Source: Camelus ferus
Lineage: Eukaryota
Reading direction: 5' to 3'
Assembly: GCF_009834535.1 (NCBI RefSeq)
Contig: NC_045728.1
Span: 7,564,001-7,628,000 of the forward strand
DNA: 64,000 nucleotides
This document shows positions 10,901 through 23,800 of the stretch, piece by piece; the first letter of the stretch is position 1, and the number at the start of each line of letters is the position of its first letter. The notes beneath the pieces were generated by a model. That model saw nothing but the letters and a program-made list of their open reading frames with translations. It was not told the origin of the DNA and searched no databases. A program made the position numbers and the translations under genes.

Positions 10901-12409
10901 TAGCCATAAATTTTGGCTTGGTCATTTTTATTATTACCAGATATTGAGCTAGACATTGAGATTTTTAGAGCCTCTTCTCCATTCTTTTTCTATTCCTCTT
11001 CACCTTTACTCCCTACTGCTGTGTATCTAGAGCAGTAGTCCAACAGAGCATCTGTTACAATGAATTGGAAACATCTGGCACAGAATCTAGGCCCTCGTAG
11101 AGACCCTGAACCGTATTCATTCCCTTTTCTCTCTTCCTTCAGATTCTACCTATGTATTGACTTCTGCACACCTCCTATTCCTAAAATGTTCAATCTTCAA
11201 ATAAAGCAACACCCCCAGACAGTATCCTATATTTACACAAAATTTCCTGTATTTTCTTTCATTTTTTGTCTTTGCTTTGGTTGCGTTCGCATTCCTTACA
11301 TTTCTGTCTTCTCTTAGACAAATCTACACGAGGAGTACCAAAACTGGGACAAGATTTAATTCAGTGCGGTTATAAATTTGACACACTTCAGGTAATAGTA
11401 AAAACATACCTGTGTGGAGTATGACTTGAATAAAATAGTTTGATCTTTGTTTTTTATCACAAAGTATTAGATACAAAGAGCCTTTAACATCTCCTGATGT
11501 AATAGGAGTTTGGGTGACTCCATCTCTGAGAATGGGTGTTTGAAGAAGTTTGAGAATCGGGATGCTTAAGCCTCAAAAAAGAAACATTTAGTATTTGTCA
11601 GTTAGAAGTATCTAATTTAATAAAAGTTCTCACACTAGTATTACAACCAAGAGACAAAAGCATGCGGAATAAGTGAATAAACATGTCAGAGACAATGATG
11701 GAATTCATTCATTTCATTTTTAAGATTAACTTTGTAAATCCACTGTTTGAAAAGCATAAAGTGGGGAAGGACATCATTTCTGACCCTGAAAATAGCAGTT
11801 TCTGAATTGGGCTATGAGTCAGGTGCTTGAGTTTTTATTCATAAGTTGACCCATTGATAAATCTCACCCACTTTGGGAATATATATGTGCATGTAAGAGG
11901 TTATTGACAAACTTCTAAGGCAAAAAAAAAAAAAAATACTAGTAGGCTGGATAGTAGGTTAATGCCACTGTCCTTTTAGTAAAAGAGGAATCCCCAACTT
12001 CACTAAGCTTTGTAATATTACATTATTGATGCATGTGAGAATGCTCTATAAATTTCCAAGTTCACCATAAATGAGAATATTATTAATATGACTGGACTTG
12101 GGGAAGAAACTCAGGACTATGAGGTCAGAGGAACAGATGCAGAACTAGTGGAAGGAGAAATGGTCTCCCTGCATTGCACACTTTTTGCCCACCTGTCATG
12201 AAGCAGACAGTGCCTTCCTGTTCAGTCTTATCGATAATGAGCATGGGTGATAAGAATTTTTAAGTCTTCAAAATTCACTTTCAATGACAGTATGTTATCA
12301 AAGGTAGATAGAATTTTATGACTTACCTGAATATTACCACTTCAGTAAAGTGCTGTTGGTCTCATATGAGTTTTAGCTTTGGTCTCACATAGTGCCTGCA
12401 TGTACACCC

Positions 12410-12439
12410 TCGTGTGTGTGCGCGCGCGCACACACACGA
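12410..12439. repeat. (GT)n(GC)n(AC)n microsatellite forming a perfect 30-bp palindrome
   Basis: tcgtgtgtgtgcgcgcgcgcacacacacga equals its own reverse complement. Confidence 0.95.
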
Positions 12440-13229
12440 TAATTTTATCATCAAACACTAATGGCCTAGAATCTTTCTGAGTCTCGCAAAATCATGGAGT
12501 TGATTCTGCATAAGAATTCAAGGAGTGTTGATAAGGGTTATTAGCTTAAACCAACTAAGCAGAACAAGGAAAGTAACCCTACTGACCCTTAGTCCTCTGT
12601 TACTGAAGGACAATTTTACTGGGATCTGTTTGGACCTGAAGCAGATGATTGGAAGCACAAGTTTCCCTTAGGGGCTTGTCTTCCCAGTTGTTGGACTCTG
12701 TAGGGAAGAAACAATTACAAAGTGTCTATTTGTTGGCAATATAGAGGCATTCTTCTTGATCCCTGGAGTATTTAAAACAAATGGCGACCTTTTTTCCCCC
12801 TTAGTGTTAAGAAGTTTAATAATGATTCCATAATAAATATAAAACTTTGGACACCATGTTAAAATTAAATTGTTTTATCAAAACCACAAAATAATACTTA
12901 ATTGTCCTTAGCATTTAAATTTTTCTATAACGCAGCCAAACCCATCCCATCATCTCCAAACAGGGAAAAAGCTTCTTATACTTAAGCCATCTAGACGATT
13001 TGGTGGATTACACGTGGAGAAAAAGGATAAGTGAACTTTGATCTTCCTGTGATTTAAGGAGTTATAACCTGGGCTCCAAGGCATTTTCTTAAGAGTATTC
13101 CAGGCCTATGGAAAGTGTATGTCCATACGCTTATCCGGGTCGGTCCTCACTTCAAATATGTGACTTTTAGCCAGTATAAACTATGGTGAATTGTCTGTTC
13201 GTTTGTGTGTCAAAATTTTAGCAGCTTTG

Positions 13230-14520
13230 TTGAGGAATGATTGACATACAATAAATCGCACATTTAAAATGTGTAATTAGGTAAATTTGACATATTTACC
13301 CATAAAAGCATCACCAAAATTAATAAAATGATCATATCCACTCCACTTTGTAATCCCTCCATCTCAGCCTTCTTCCCAGACAACCATGGATCCATTTTCA
13401 TTCACTGTAGATGGGTTTGCTTCAAGAGTTTTATACTTAACAGAACTATATAGTATGGACTCTTTGCTTAGCTTCTTTAATTCAGCATATTTGGAGATTC
13501 ACTCATGGTTTGTTTTGTATATATCTATAGTTTTTCTTTCTCTTTGTCTCTCTGTTTATGTTTGCTTGTTTGTTTGCTATATGATGGCCAATTTTTCTAG
13601 CACCATCAGATGGCCTAATTCTGTTGAGATCAATTGACCATCTTTGTGTGGGTCTACTTTGAACGCTCTGTCTTTCTTTACTGATCTGTTTGTCTATCTT
13701 GATGCCTAAATCATGCTGTTTTGTTAGTTGTATCTTCACAATATGTTTTAAAGATTATAGTATACATCTTCCAACATCATTCTTCATTATCAAAGTTGTT
13801 TTTTCTATTTGAGACTTGAGTATTTTCTTATGAATTCTAGAAATATCTTACCAATCTTCACAAAATGCCTGATGGGATTTTGAATGGGATTATATTGAGT
13901 CTATGAATAAATCTGAGAAAAACTGTCATCTTAATAATGAGTCTTTTGCTTCAGAAACACAGGATATTCAAGAAGTTTTAAAAAATTTCTCTCAATAATG
14001 GGTTTTGCTTATAAAGATCTTACATGTATTTTGCCAGCTTTATCACTAAGAATGTTATATGTTTTGTGCTTTTGCAAATGGTATTTTTAAATTAAATTTT
14101 TTAATGTTTATTGATAATGTATTGAAAATGATAAATGTTTGTAAATTGATCTTGTTTCTTAAAATCTCGCTAAACTCAACTGGTATTTATATAGCTCTGA
14201 CATAAGAGTAGATTCGATGGTTTTTCTTCACAGACAATTATGTATCATTAAGAAGTTTTGCTTTTTCCTTTCTGGACTAGATGAACTTTATTAATTTGAT
14301 GTTGTTGTGGTTTTGCCTTATTGCTCTGAAGTGTACTTTATCTGATATTAATATATCCACTTCTAATGTTTCAATGTTAATGCTTGCATGGTATATATTT
14401 TTTCATCCTTTTACTTTCACCTATTTATGTTACTCTATTTGAAGTGAGTTTCTTATAGACAGAGTTGGTTTTTAGCAATTCAGTGGGTCATTGGTAAGTT
14501 AAATCATTTATAATAATCCA
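13230..14520 (-). mobile_element. Old LINE-1 (L1ME/L1MC-like) ORF2-3'UTR fragments
   Basis: tgacatacaataaatcgcacatttaaaatgt..., gggattttgaatgggattatattgagtctatgaataaatctgag and similar antisense L1 phrases. Confidence 0.7.
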
Positions 14521-14649
14521 GTTATTGGCATGTTAGGGCTTACATCTACCATTTTATTATTTTTTTCTTCCTGTTTCTTTTTTCTCTGGTTCACTCTCTT
14601 GACTTCCTGTGGGTGACTGATATCTTTTAGAATTTCATTTTAGTTTATT

Positions 14650-15110
14650 TATACTCAATGAGATTTTAAAGTAAACATATCAGTTGTTAAGATATATAAA
14701 TACAAAACTTCCATTAAAAAATGAAAAACTAGAAAAAATGAAACAAAATCCAATTATACCTGGAGGTAAAAATATAGTTATTGAAATAAAAAATTTTTAA
14801 TATTTGACATAAATCTAGATTGGACATAGCTAAAAATCTAATTAGTGAACTAGAAGTTACCACTGAAGAATTAAAGAATCAGAAAAATGAGTACTGAGAA
14901 TTCATCCATGCATCAAAGAGAGAAAGCATGATGTGAAAACAAAAAAGCGGCTGAAAGAGAAGACAGACTGTGAGCCTTCACTTTTAATCCAATAGCGGTT
15001 TCAGAAGAAGGGAATGGAGGGAAGATCTGGTACACAGTACTAAATCTGAAAAGATAGTTGATGATGATTTTCCAAAATTGAAAGAAGACAGGAATCCTAC
15101 GAGTAAAGGT
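14650..15110 (+). mobile_element. Old LINE-1 ORF1-region fragment
   Basis: A-rich sense L1 ORF1-like sequence (ctaattagtgaactagaag...gatgattttccaaaattgaaagaagac). Confidence 0.5.
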
Positions 15111-15569
15111 GAAGTTATATAAATATATGTGTATTTTTGAGAATTCTTTATTGGTTCACCTGTATTTCCTGTGAATTCATGAATATATTTATAATAGATA
15201 TTTGAATATCCTTTTCTGGTAGTTCTAATATACAGCTTCTCTCTGGGTTAATTCTTGGTGATGTTTTTCTTTGAATAGAAGATTTTCTTGCCCTTTCTCA
15301 TGACACACACGCACATACACACACACACTTTTTTATGAGGCAGGCATATCAGACATTGCATAAAAGAACTGGTTTTTCCCCAGAGCGTGTGACATCTTTC
15401 CTATATTTCACAGCCAAAGTGAGGGTTGGTTATTTAGACTCCACCAAGTGTGTTAAGCTGAGGTGACTAAGCTGTAAGTTTAAGAAAGTTGAGCTGATCT
15501 CGGGTCAGTCCAGCTCCCAGTCTTCCACACTACCATCTACCAATAGCTATCGACAATATGCTGCAATTC

Positions 15570-16320
15570 CTTAAATATACGGAATTTACTCTACAGATAT
15601 AATAATAAATAGATGAACTTAATAGTCCTAGTCTCATAAACATTTTGAATTTGTAATTATAAAACTTCTGCCTAAGAAATCTCCTACTCACATGATTTTG
15701 TCTGTGAATACTTTCAAACTTTTAAAGAAGAAATATTAAATCTTAAGATAACTATTTAAGAAAATAGTAGATGAAGGAACATTTTCCAGCTCAGTTTTGT
15801 GAGACCAGCATTACTCTGTTCCAAAACCAGACAGGATATTTCAAAAGAAGATTATAGATCAATGTACAATATGTATAGAGATGTGAAAATCCTCAACAAA
15901 AGACTAGTGTATTGAATCCAGCAATATCTAAAAGGTATAATATACAATGACCAAGTGGGTTTACTCTAGAAATGTTCATTTGAACATTTGAAATATTTGA
16001 AAACAGACAATATATTCACTACCTTAACAAATTAAATGAAAAAGAAATCTAACCATGTCAATAGATGTAGAAAAAATGATTAACAAAATTGATGACATTT
16101 TCACATCATGATATTCATGACAAAGACACCAAGTAAATCATAATGAGATGGAAATTTTTTTAGTTTAATAAAGGGCACTTAAGAAAAATCAACTACTAGC
16201 ATCATATTTAATGTGGAAATTTTGAAGGTGTTGCCCTGAAAATTAGGGACAAGGCAAAGATACCTACTTTTATCAATTATACTCAATATTGTATTGGAGG
16301 TCCTTGCAATAAAATAAAGG
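15570..16320 (+). mobile_element. Old LINE-1 ORF2 (RT-region) fragment
   Basis: ccaaaaccagac..., aaaatcctcaacaaaagactag..., tcaatagatgtagaaaaa...aacaaaatt, ggacaaggcaaagatacc are L1 RT landmarks. Confidence 0.75.
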
Positions 16321-17022
16321 GCTGTGACTACCACTGAAATTCCAAGGGCCAGAAGATCAATCTGAATCTGCCCTTATGACTCTGGAGATAACTGATAAGT
16401 ATGAAATAACTGACAGATATGAGCATTCTGAGATTCTGCATCATAAACAACAACAACAAAACACCCGGAAAACTCATCTGAAATTTAGAACTTCATCTGT
16501 TTAACAGACAAAGAACTGTCAATTCTGTACAGCCAGTCCGCAACTGATTTTTCTTTTTTATCCTTTCCTTTTTTTTTTTTTTTTTTTTTCGGTCTTGACC
16601 CTTCCTGAACTTCCTGCACTTTTACTCTTGGAAAATGCTTTGCCAAAACTTATTCTAGCACAATGGAGTGATGATTTTGTAAAGTCTGATTCAAAACAGA
16701 AAGAATTGAGAACCTGGCTAACTTAGGATAAGGAAGGTTTCACACAGATAATGATATTTTAACTGGGTCTTTAATCATACAGATGAGTTTGTTCAGATGA
16801 AGAAGCAGGAAGGAGCATTTCTAATAGAGAGAATAAAGGCACAGAGTTTAAGAGAAGTGAGCAGGAAAAAAATGTTCCTTTCTTCAAAAACATGCATTGT
16901 CTTATCAGCCTGACATAAGCCCCTAAAACAATGTTGTGACTAGTTCACTGCAGCAGATTCCCCAACTAAAACCCTGATCCTGAAAAGAAATAAGCAGATT
17001 GCAGAATAGCCTCTACCTCTTG

Positions 17023-17150
17023 CCCTTCTCTTCCCATCATCCCTTTCTTTTCCCATCACCCCCTTCTCTTCCCATCATCCCTTTCTTTTCCCATCCTCCC
17101 TTTCTCTTCCCATCCTCTCTTCCTATCCTTTTCTCATCTTCCCCTTTTCA
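17023..17150. repeat. Pyrimidine-rich minisatellite (18-19 nt units, 38-nt higher-order period)
   Basis: cccttctcttcccatcatccctttcttttcccatc starts at 17023 and again at 17061, followed by degenerate units. Confidence 0.85.
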
Positions 17151-17884
17151 CGGTCTTTTTTTTTCCCTTGAAATTTCTGTCTGGATTGGAATAGCATATA
17201 TCTCAGGCTGAGCTCATTAGGCAAAAGAACAAAGGAAAGTTAGTGGGACAGCATTAAAGTCACAGCTTTTTGGTTAAAAGAGTATCTAAAACCACAGAAC
17301 AATAGCAGCTTAGATTTTGCATTGACCCCTGGTTGTACTTTGTGATTCTAAAGACAAACTGAAATTTTTAATACTGAAAAACAACAGAATTAGTCACCCC
17401 TTTGCAGACTCTCCTGGTCTACCTTCTTCATCTCTTTCATCCACTGCTTTGGCTCCCAGTCAAGTCTTGCTTTCAGGTTTAAGACCATCAGACAAGATTT
17501 TGGGTGATAGAGCACATTGATACCTGTGATTCACACATTAAGACACCTACCTGAAGTCTCGTCCCAAAGTCCTTTTCCTTTACACAAAGTCTTTTCATTT
17601 CAAAAGTCAAAGAATGGCACCAGAAGTCATGGCTGAAATTCTCTCATTTTTCAACAAATCATAGAGCATGAAATGAGAGCTTATCTGCTGCAGGCACTTG
17701 AGGGGTTCATTATATAATCATGCCAGCCAAGATGAGGAAGTGCTAGGGTAAGGGAGAAGGGATGAGGAGAGGATGGAGGAGGAGAGGAAAACAAAGAGGG
17801 AAGGACAGAAGGTCTAGGTTTCTGTTTTGTTTTGTTTGTTTTATTCTGTTGCCAACTGGGAAGAGATTTTTTTCCTCCTGAGTA

Positions 17885-17965
17885 GGATAATTTATTAGTT
17901 ATGTGACCTTGAGCAATCCACTTCATACCTTCAAATCTTAGCTTCTTCATCTATAAAAGGGAGCA
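17885..17965 (+). mobile_element. MIR fragment in the 3' flank of the OR10D1-like pseudogene
   Basis: ttatgtgaccttgagcaatccactt...cttcttcatctataaaagggag. Confidence 0.6.
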
Positions 17966-18033
17966 GTGACAATATCTGTGCAAATTCCATCTGTAAGCAA
18001 TGTGGTGCTATTCAAGTGTAGCTTCTGATGTCA

Positions 18034-18966
18034 TCACTTCTTAGGAAGGAAGGCCAGGTGCTGTAGCACCTTCCTCAGAGAATATTTCACTTCCTTATTT
18101 CTCAGGCTGTAGATTAAGGGGTTCAGCACGGGGGCGACCAGGTTATTCAGAACCTGAACAGTTGCATTAAGCCAGGGGTTAGGGGTAGGCTGCAGGTAGA
18201 TGAGAACCACTGGCATAAAAGAGAGAAGGATGGCAGTGAGGTGGGCACTGCAGGTGGAGAAGGCGCGTCGCCGGCCCTCTGCAGAGCGGATCTGCAGGAT
18301 GGAGTAGACGATGCGACAGTAGGAGGTGAGGATGAGGAGGAAGCAGGTGAGGGGCATGAGGCCCACACTGATGAGCCCCACCATCTCCAGGGCCGAGGTG
18401 TCTGCACAAGCCAGCTTCAGCATCACTGGGATGTCACAGAAGTAATAGTCCACCTCGTTGGGGCCGCAGTAGGGCAGCTGGAAGGTGAGAGTAGTTAGAA
18501 AGGTGGCCTGAACGCAGCCAAAAAGTGAGGTCCCCATGGCCAGGATGGCACACGCTCTGTGACTCATGATTATCGTGTAGCGCAGAGGGTGACATACGGC
18601 CACAAAGCGGTCGTAAGCCATCACCGTTTACAGGAAGCACTCTGTGCAGCCCAGGAAATGGTAGAAGAAGAGCTGGGACACGCAGCCTGCATAGGAGACG
18701 GCTCGGCTGTTCCCTGAGAGGTAGAAGAGCATCTTGGGGGAACTCACGGAAGGAAAAAATATGTCACACACAGAGAGTTTACACAGGAAGAAGTACATGG
18801 GGGTGTGAAGCCGAGAGGAGGAGACAATCGCCAGTAGGATGAACAGGTTGCCTATAAGCGTGAGGACGTAGAAGGACAGAAACAGGACAAAGAGCGTGGC
18901 CTCCAGGCCGTGTGTGTGCGGGATGCCCAGCAGAATAAACGCGGTCACCACCGAGGCATTCCTCAT
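18034..18966 (-). pseudogene. OR10D1-like receptor with a single in-frame nonsense codon (Y113*)
   Basis: The two ORF-track pieces are in the same frame. TAA at 18630-18628 replaces the TAC of the 52-kb paralogue. Acceptor ttctaacAG lies 2 nt before the ATG. Confidence 0.9.
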
Positions 18967-19199
18967 CTCTGTTAGAACATTGGACTTCAAAAGAGAACAC
19001 AGATCTCCAAGGCGTGAACACTGGTCAAACTGAGAAGCTATGTAATAAATAATAAGCAATTATTTAATTATCACGTTATGTGTTCTTTTAGCAAGTGTAC
19101 CTGACAAACGACATTAATAACCTAAATACGTTCAAAGGAAGATTATAAAGATGTAAAGTGGCTTTAAATCATCCCATCGGAGAATAGTTTATTAAAAAT

Positions 19200-19410
19200 A
19201 ACAGCTAATATTGACAGCATTGTAAGTGCTATGCTAATTTATTTTTATGTTCTTTTATTTTTACATTTAAATCTCAGAACAACCTTATTAAGTGGAAGAG
19301 GAAATAAAAGCACAGAGTTTTAGTAACTTGATCACGTAGCTAGAAAGTAACTCATCTGAGATTAAAACTCAAGTCTGACTCCAGAGCTAAAGCTTCTAAC
19401 CCTTTTACTG
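19200..19410 (-). mobile_element. MIR fragment
   Basis: cagctaatattgacagcattgtaagtgctatgcta...gaggaaataaaagcacagag...ctgactccagagct. Confidence 0.55.
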
Positions 19411-20054
19411 TGAAAGCTCCCAGGAAATGTGGCTTAGAGAAGCAGAGACATGACACTTGTCTTCAGGTGCTATGTAGATTTGCTGCATGCTTTTCTATGG
19501 TGAATAACCAGTAAAAAAGAGTGGAACTAATAAAAAGTTAGATTTTAATTTCAGTATAGAAAAATAAATCATGGGTAAGTTTCCCTGTGAAGGATTGTGT
19601 TCTCACTACTGTAAGGTTTTAGGTAGGGGTAAGATGCTGTTCTTTCAGGGATGTGATGACCCTGTGTTTCTAATTTGCATGCAGAGTTATCCTACATGCA
19701 CCATTAATGTCCTCTGAAATTCTTTGACTTTATTACATAGTTCGTCTTTTCAAATATATCTGAGAAGGCACAATAAAGCTTAACAAATATTACTCCTAGT
19801 GAACAGGTGGCTTTGATTTAAATATGATAAATCTATTCACTTGTATAACAGTAAGAATTATGAATATAGCTATATGAGTTACAGTAATAACTGAATACCA
19901 TTCTTAATATATCTCAATAGAATAGAGACACATGCCATGTGGAAGGCCAGAATTCCACTGAACAAGAGTGCCTTAGAATGATGGAAACTCTTTGGGATGC
20001 TTTTGTGTATGATCTGTAGTTTTAAAAAAGTGACAAACATCCTGATTTATGTTA

Positions 20055-20215
20055 ATATAAACATGTCCAGACACTATACTGAGTGCTTTATGTACATTAG
20101 TGCCTTTTGTCCTTACCACGACTCTATGAGACAGGTAGTGTTAACTCTCCTTCACATTAGGAAACTGAGGCACAGGAGTTTAAGCAAATTGCCCAAGTTC
20201 CTCCATCTGTTAGAT
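20055..20215 (-). mobile_element. MIR(b) fragment
   Basis: cagacactatactgagtgctttatgtacatt...aggaaactgaggcacaggagtttaagcaaattgcccaag. Confidence 0.75.
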
Positions 20216-20689
20216 GTACAGTAGGGTCTCACACAAAGAACAGTAGGAAGATCTTCTAAATTACCAACTCTGGACTTTCTAACATTCATTCATAAATAAT
20301 GGTAATTATAAATAGTTATTTTTTAATTGCTTAATTGTTATAATATAATTTTATGATCACTTAAGTCTCACAAAGTTCTTGTAAGGTCATGGTAATTAAC
20401 CCCAATTTCCAAAAAAGGACACTGACATTCAGAGAGTTAAAAACTTTTCTAAAACTGAAAAATGAAGAGCAAGTCATACCCAAATCTTCTGACTCCAAGT
20501 TTAAAGTTCTTTCCACTATACCTTCACTGCCTCCCAAAAAACTTAACACAGAAATCAGTTGCCCCTTTGTGATGGAAAACCACTCACAGATTCATTCTTT
20601 AGATTTGGAGAGGTCTTCCTGGCCACCCCACAACCATTTCCTGTCTTTATCTACTATTCTCTGAAAAGTTTAGGTAGTAGATTGGAGCT

Positions 20690-20800
20690 CCAGAGAGGGA
20701 GATGAGTCTCTCAAGATCATATTATATTTGAGTCAATTAGTCCCACAGCACAGAGAAATTTCCTAAAGAAGGTCCCCAAGAGCATACCTCAATTTATGGT
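20690..20800 (-). promoter_or_regulatory. Candidate promoter of the 18-kb OR (O/E + homeodomain composite)
   Basis: On the minus strand ctgtGGGAcTAATTG (20748-20734); nearby tccagagagggaga and gtccccaagag; about 1.8 kb upstream of the ATG. Confidence 0.4.
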
Positions 20801-23800
20801 GTAACATAAATGAAAATTTGCATCATCTAGAAATAACAGCCTGCCCCCTTATTTGCTGTATATGATTTCCAATATTCAGTAAGTTTACAGACTTTGCCCC
20901 CCTGCCACCTAACTGGACTGAAGTGATCTCATTTATATAAATAAATCCCACTTTTTAAGTTGAGTTGAAGTTTTACCTTTGCAAGTCTATGTATTTATAT
21001 TAACACAAAAGCATTTATGTAAAAATTGTGTTCACGTATTACTGCGTGTGTGCACAAGGTGGGTGGTAGACGATAGTCAAAAAAATGAAAGAAAGTGGAG
21101 ATACATAAGCATGGCTCTTGGAATCTGATACCTCCAAGATTGACGAGTTAAATATAACTCTGGAAGGATACTATTTTGTATGATTCAGGATATACATATG
21201 GAAAAAACATCCAACAGGAGTTTGGAGAGGAAGATCTAGGGCGGATTCTAGATACTGTGGCTGATAGTAGAGATTTGTGTGTCATACTCCTCAGGGTAAG
21301 AGCTGAACCTCTGAAGGGGCATCATATTACGCTCATACCACACAGTTCTCCTCCACTTGGTTTTTATTTATAGAGCATTCCTAAATAACAAACTGGAGAC
21401 AGGCTGATCTGGCTAAATCATCTTAAGAGATGTTATCTCATGATTCCAACCAGTGTCATGGGAACAGTTAAATGTAGTGTCTTGCACAATTCAAAGGAGG
21501 AAAAGTTTCACAGATATTTAAGTATAAACCTTTATTAATTATTAAAATACCTGTCTTTCCTAAAGGCCTCTCATTTTGTCATCAAACAAGTCATTTCTAA
21601 TAGTAAATGTCTAACTTCATCAACAAAAGAGGCTTTAGCAGCAAACACTGGAATTTGCCCTTTGTAAACCGTCTTTTCACATTGTTCATAATCTATAAGA
21701 TCTTAAATGTACCAGCATCTCCAACAATCCCCAATACAACATTGTTCCGTGATAATTTGTCTTAGTGTGCCGATCTAATAAAGCAGCATGTATTACCAGT
21801 TATATTGTCTCACATATCAATTAGGCAGTAATCAAGTTACTTTCAAGAATCTGTAGATCTGTATTTCAGATCTATATGGAATACATTTTGTATAGCTCTT
21901 CTACTGTACATTCTTCTATGCATTTTAAAGATCACAGAAGTTACATTATGTTAAAAAAAAAAGATTTACAATTTGGTATGACTGACCTAACATACAAAAT
22001 CCTTCTTAGAATGTGAGGAAATTGAAGGAAGAAGACTTCTGCTCATTAATACATTTCCATCCAATTTTGTCAGACTATTTCGTTTCCAGATGGCTCAGAT
22101 TAAATCTCTGGAGCCCCTTTCCAGTGGCTTGGAATAACCTTGAGTTATCAGGTAATGAAGAAAGTACAGAAATGAGTGTGTCTGGCTTTCATATTCTTAA
22201 CAAATTTGATTGAATCCATGATGGTTTATGCATCATGAGTATGGGCATTAATACATCTTAAGCTCAGTTTCAGGAAACAACCTTTCATGAATAATTTATA
22301 CTAGTCAACTTCCTTTATATATCCAAATAACCTTGAAAATTCCCTTCAAGTTCAGTTCTCTCTCGTCACCATAAATGACTGATTCTAAAAAAGCTATTGG
22401 GGCTATTAGCAAGTCAAGTAGAAGGAGGGGTCTTGATGGCTCTCTTTAGGGGTCTCATCCAGTGATAGCATCTTCATCTTTTAACACTGAGCTTGTCTGG
22501 CTTATCAACCCATTCACTTGGTAATGGCAAGCCTGGTGCCAAAAATATGGAACAGATTCATACTTGTATTTTGGAATATACTCCAGTCACACATCAGAAA
22601 CAAGACAAACTCTAGGATTACCTAAATATTACTCAGCATTAAGGGAAAAAAAAGGATATTGTAAAAAGACCTAAAACAAAGAGAATACATGATGTCACTA
22701 AATCTGGAGAGTGAACTATAGTAGGTCAGATGATTTCCATTTGTTATAAAAGTGCCATTTAAGTAAACAAAACAGGGAAGGTAAGCACACAAGCATAATT
22801 TGTAATATTCTCTGACTATATATTTTTACCCCATAAATTAGTACTTCAAATACCTCATCCCAATTTCATTTTTATATCTTCTTTTAAAAATGTTTTTTAC
22901 ATGATATGGTTGAGAGACTCCTTAAAGACTCCACTGAAGGGAGGAGGAGGAGCCAGGCAAGGAGATGAAGAGGTTTCGGGAGAGAAGTACAGGGCACTTT
23001 GCACAAGGTCGTGTCTTGGAGTCTGAGCAGAAGGGGTGCCTCTAGGTGAGCATTTGCGGTTGGTTGGTTTCAGGTGACTGGATATAACATTTTACTAACA
23101 CTGGGATGGAACACAAAATACGTGGCTGAGTGGATGTCAGACCATTAGCTGGAGAACTTCGGTGGTTGAAGGAAGCTCAGTGATAATGAGCATGTGATTC
23201 TGTGCACAGAGGATGAGGTTCTCAGTGTTTTACTGACCATTAGCCCAGCAGTCACATGGTTCATGTGCGTGAGCGTCAGTCACATCCTGCTAACTGTGAA
23301 GTTTCCCACTCAGTAAGGTGGAACGGCCCTTATTCTCTTCTTCCAAGATTGTTGCAAGTTCTTCCAGCAGTTGTTGTGGGCCTGTTGCTCACTCAGACTA
23401 AGGATCATTTTCTAAAGATTTCCTGTTTCTCCTGAAGCTTATTTACCTCTTTACCCCTGTCACTTTCCAGCTCATATGCAGATTAGCATGCACAGGGCTT
23501 ATGCACTGAGTCTTAGAAAATTCAAGAACTCCAGAGGTGTATCAGTCAGCATGGTAACATACAGGAGATAAAACAGAGTTTTGGAAAATTTTGTGATGTG
23601 GTGGAATGAATAACTACAGAGAAACCAGAGATCGAATTATTTTGTTCCAGCTTCACCATATTTGCTGCATGTGCTCAGAAAATGGAAGAAAAGGGCTAGG
23701 AGCTAGGTTGCGGGGCAGAGGAGGCCTCTGAGCATGACTGGTCTGGCTCATATGCAAAGTTTAGTGCATATGATGCACGAAGCAGAGCAGGAGAGCAGAG

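Noticed and set aside
18967-19059. 31-aa N-terminal extension of the 18-kb OR
   Set aside because: It lies in the intron upstream of the acceptor at 18970-18969 and does not start at an ATG.
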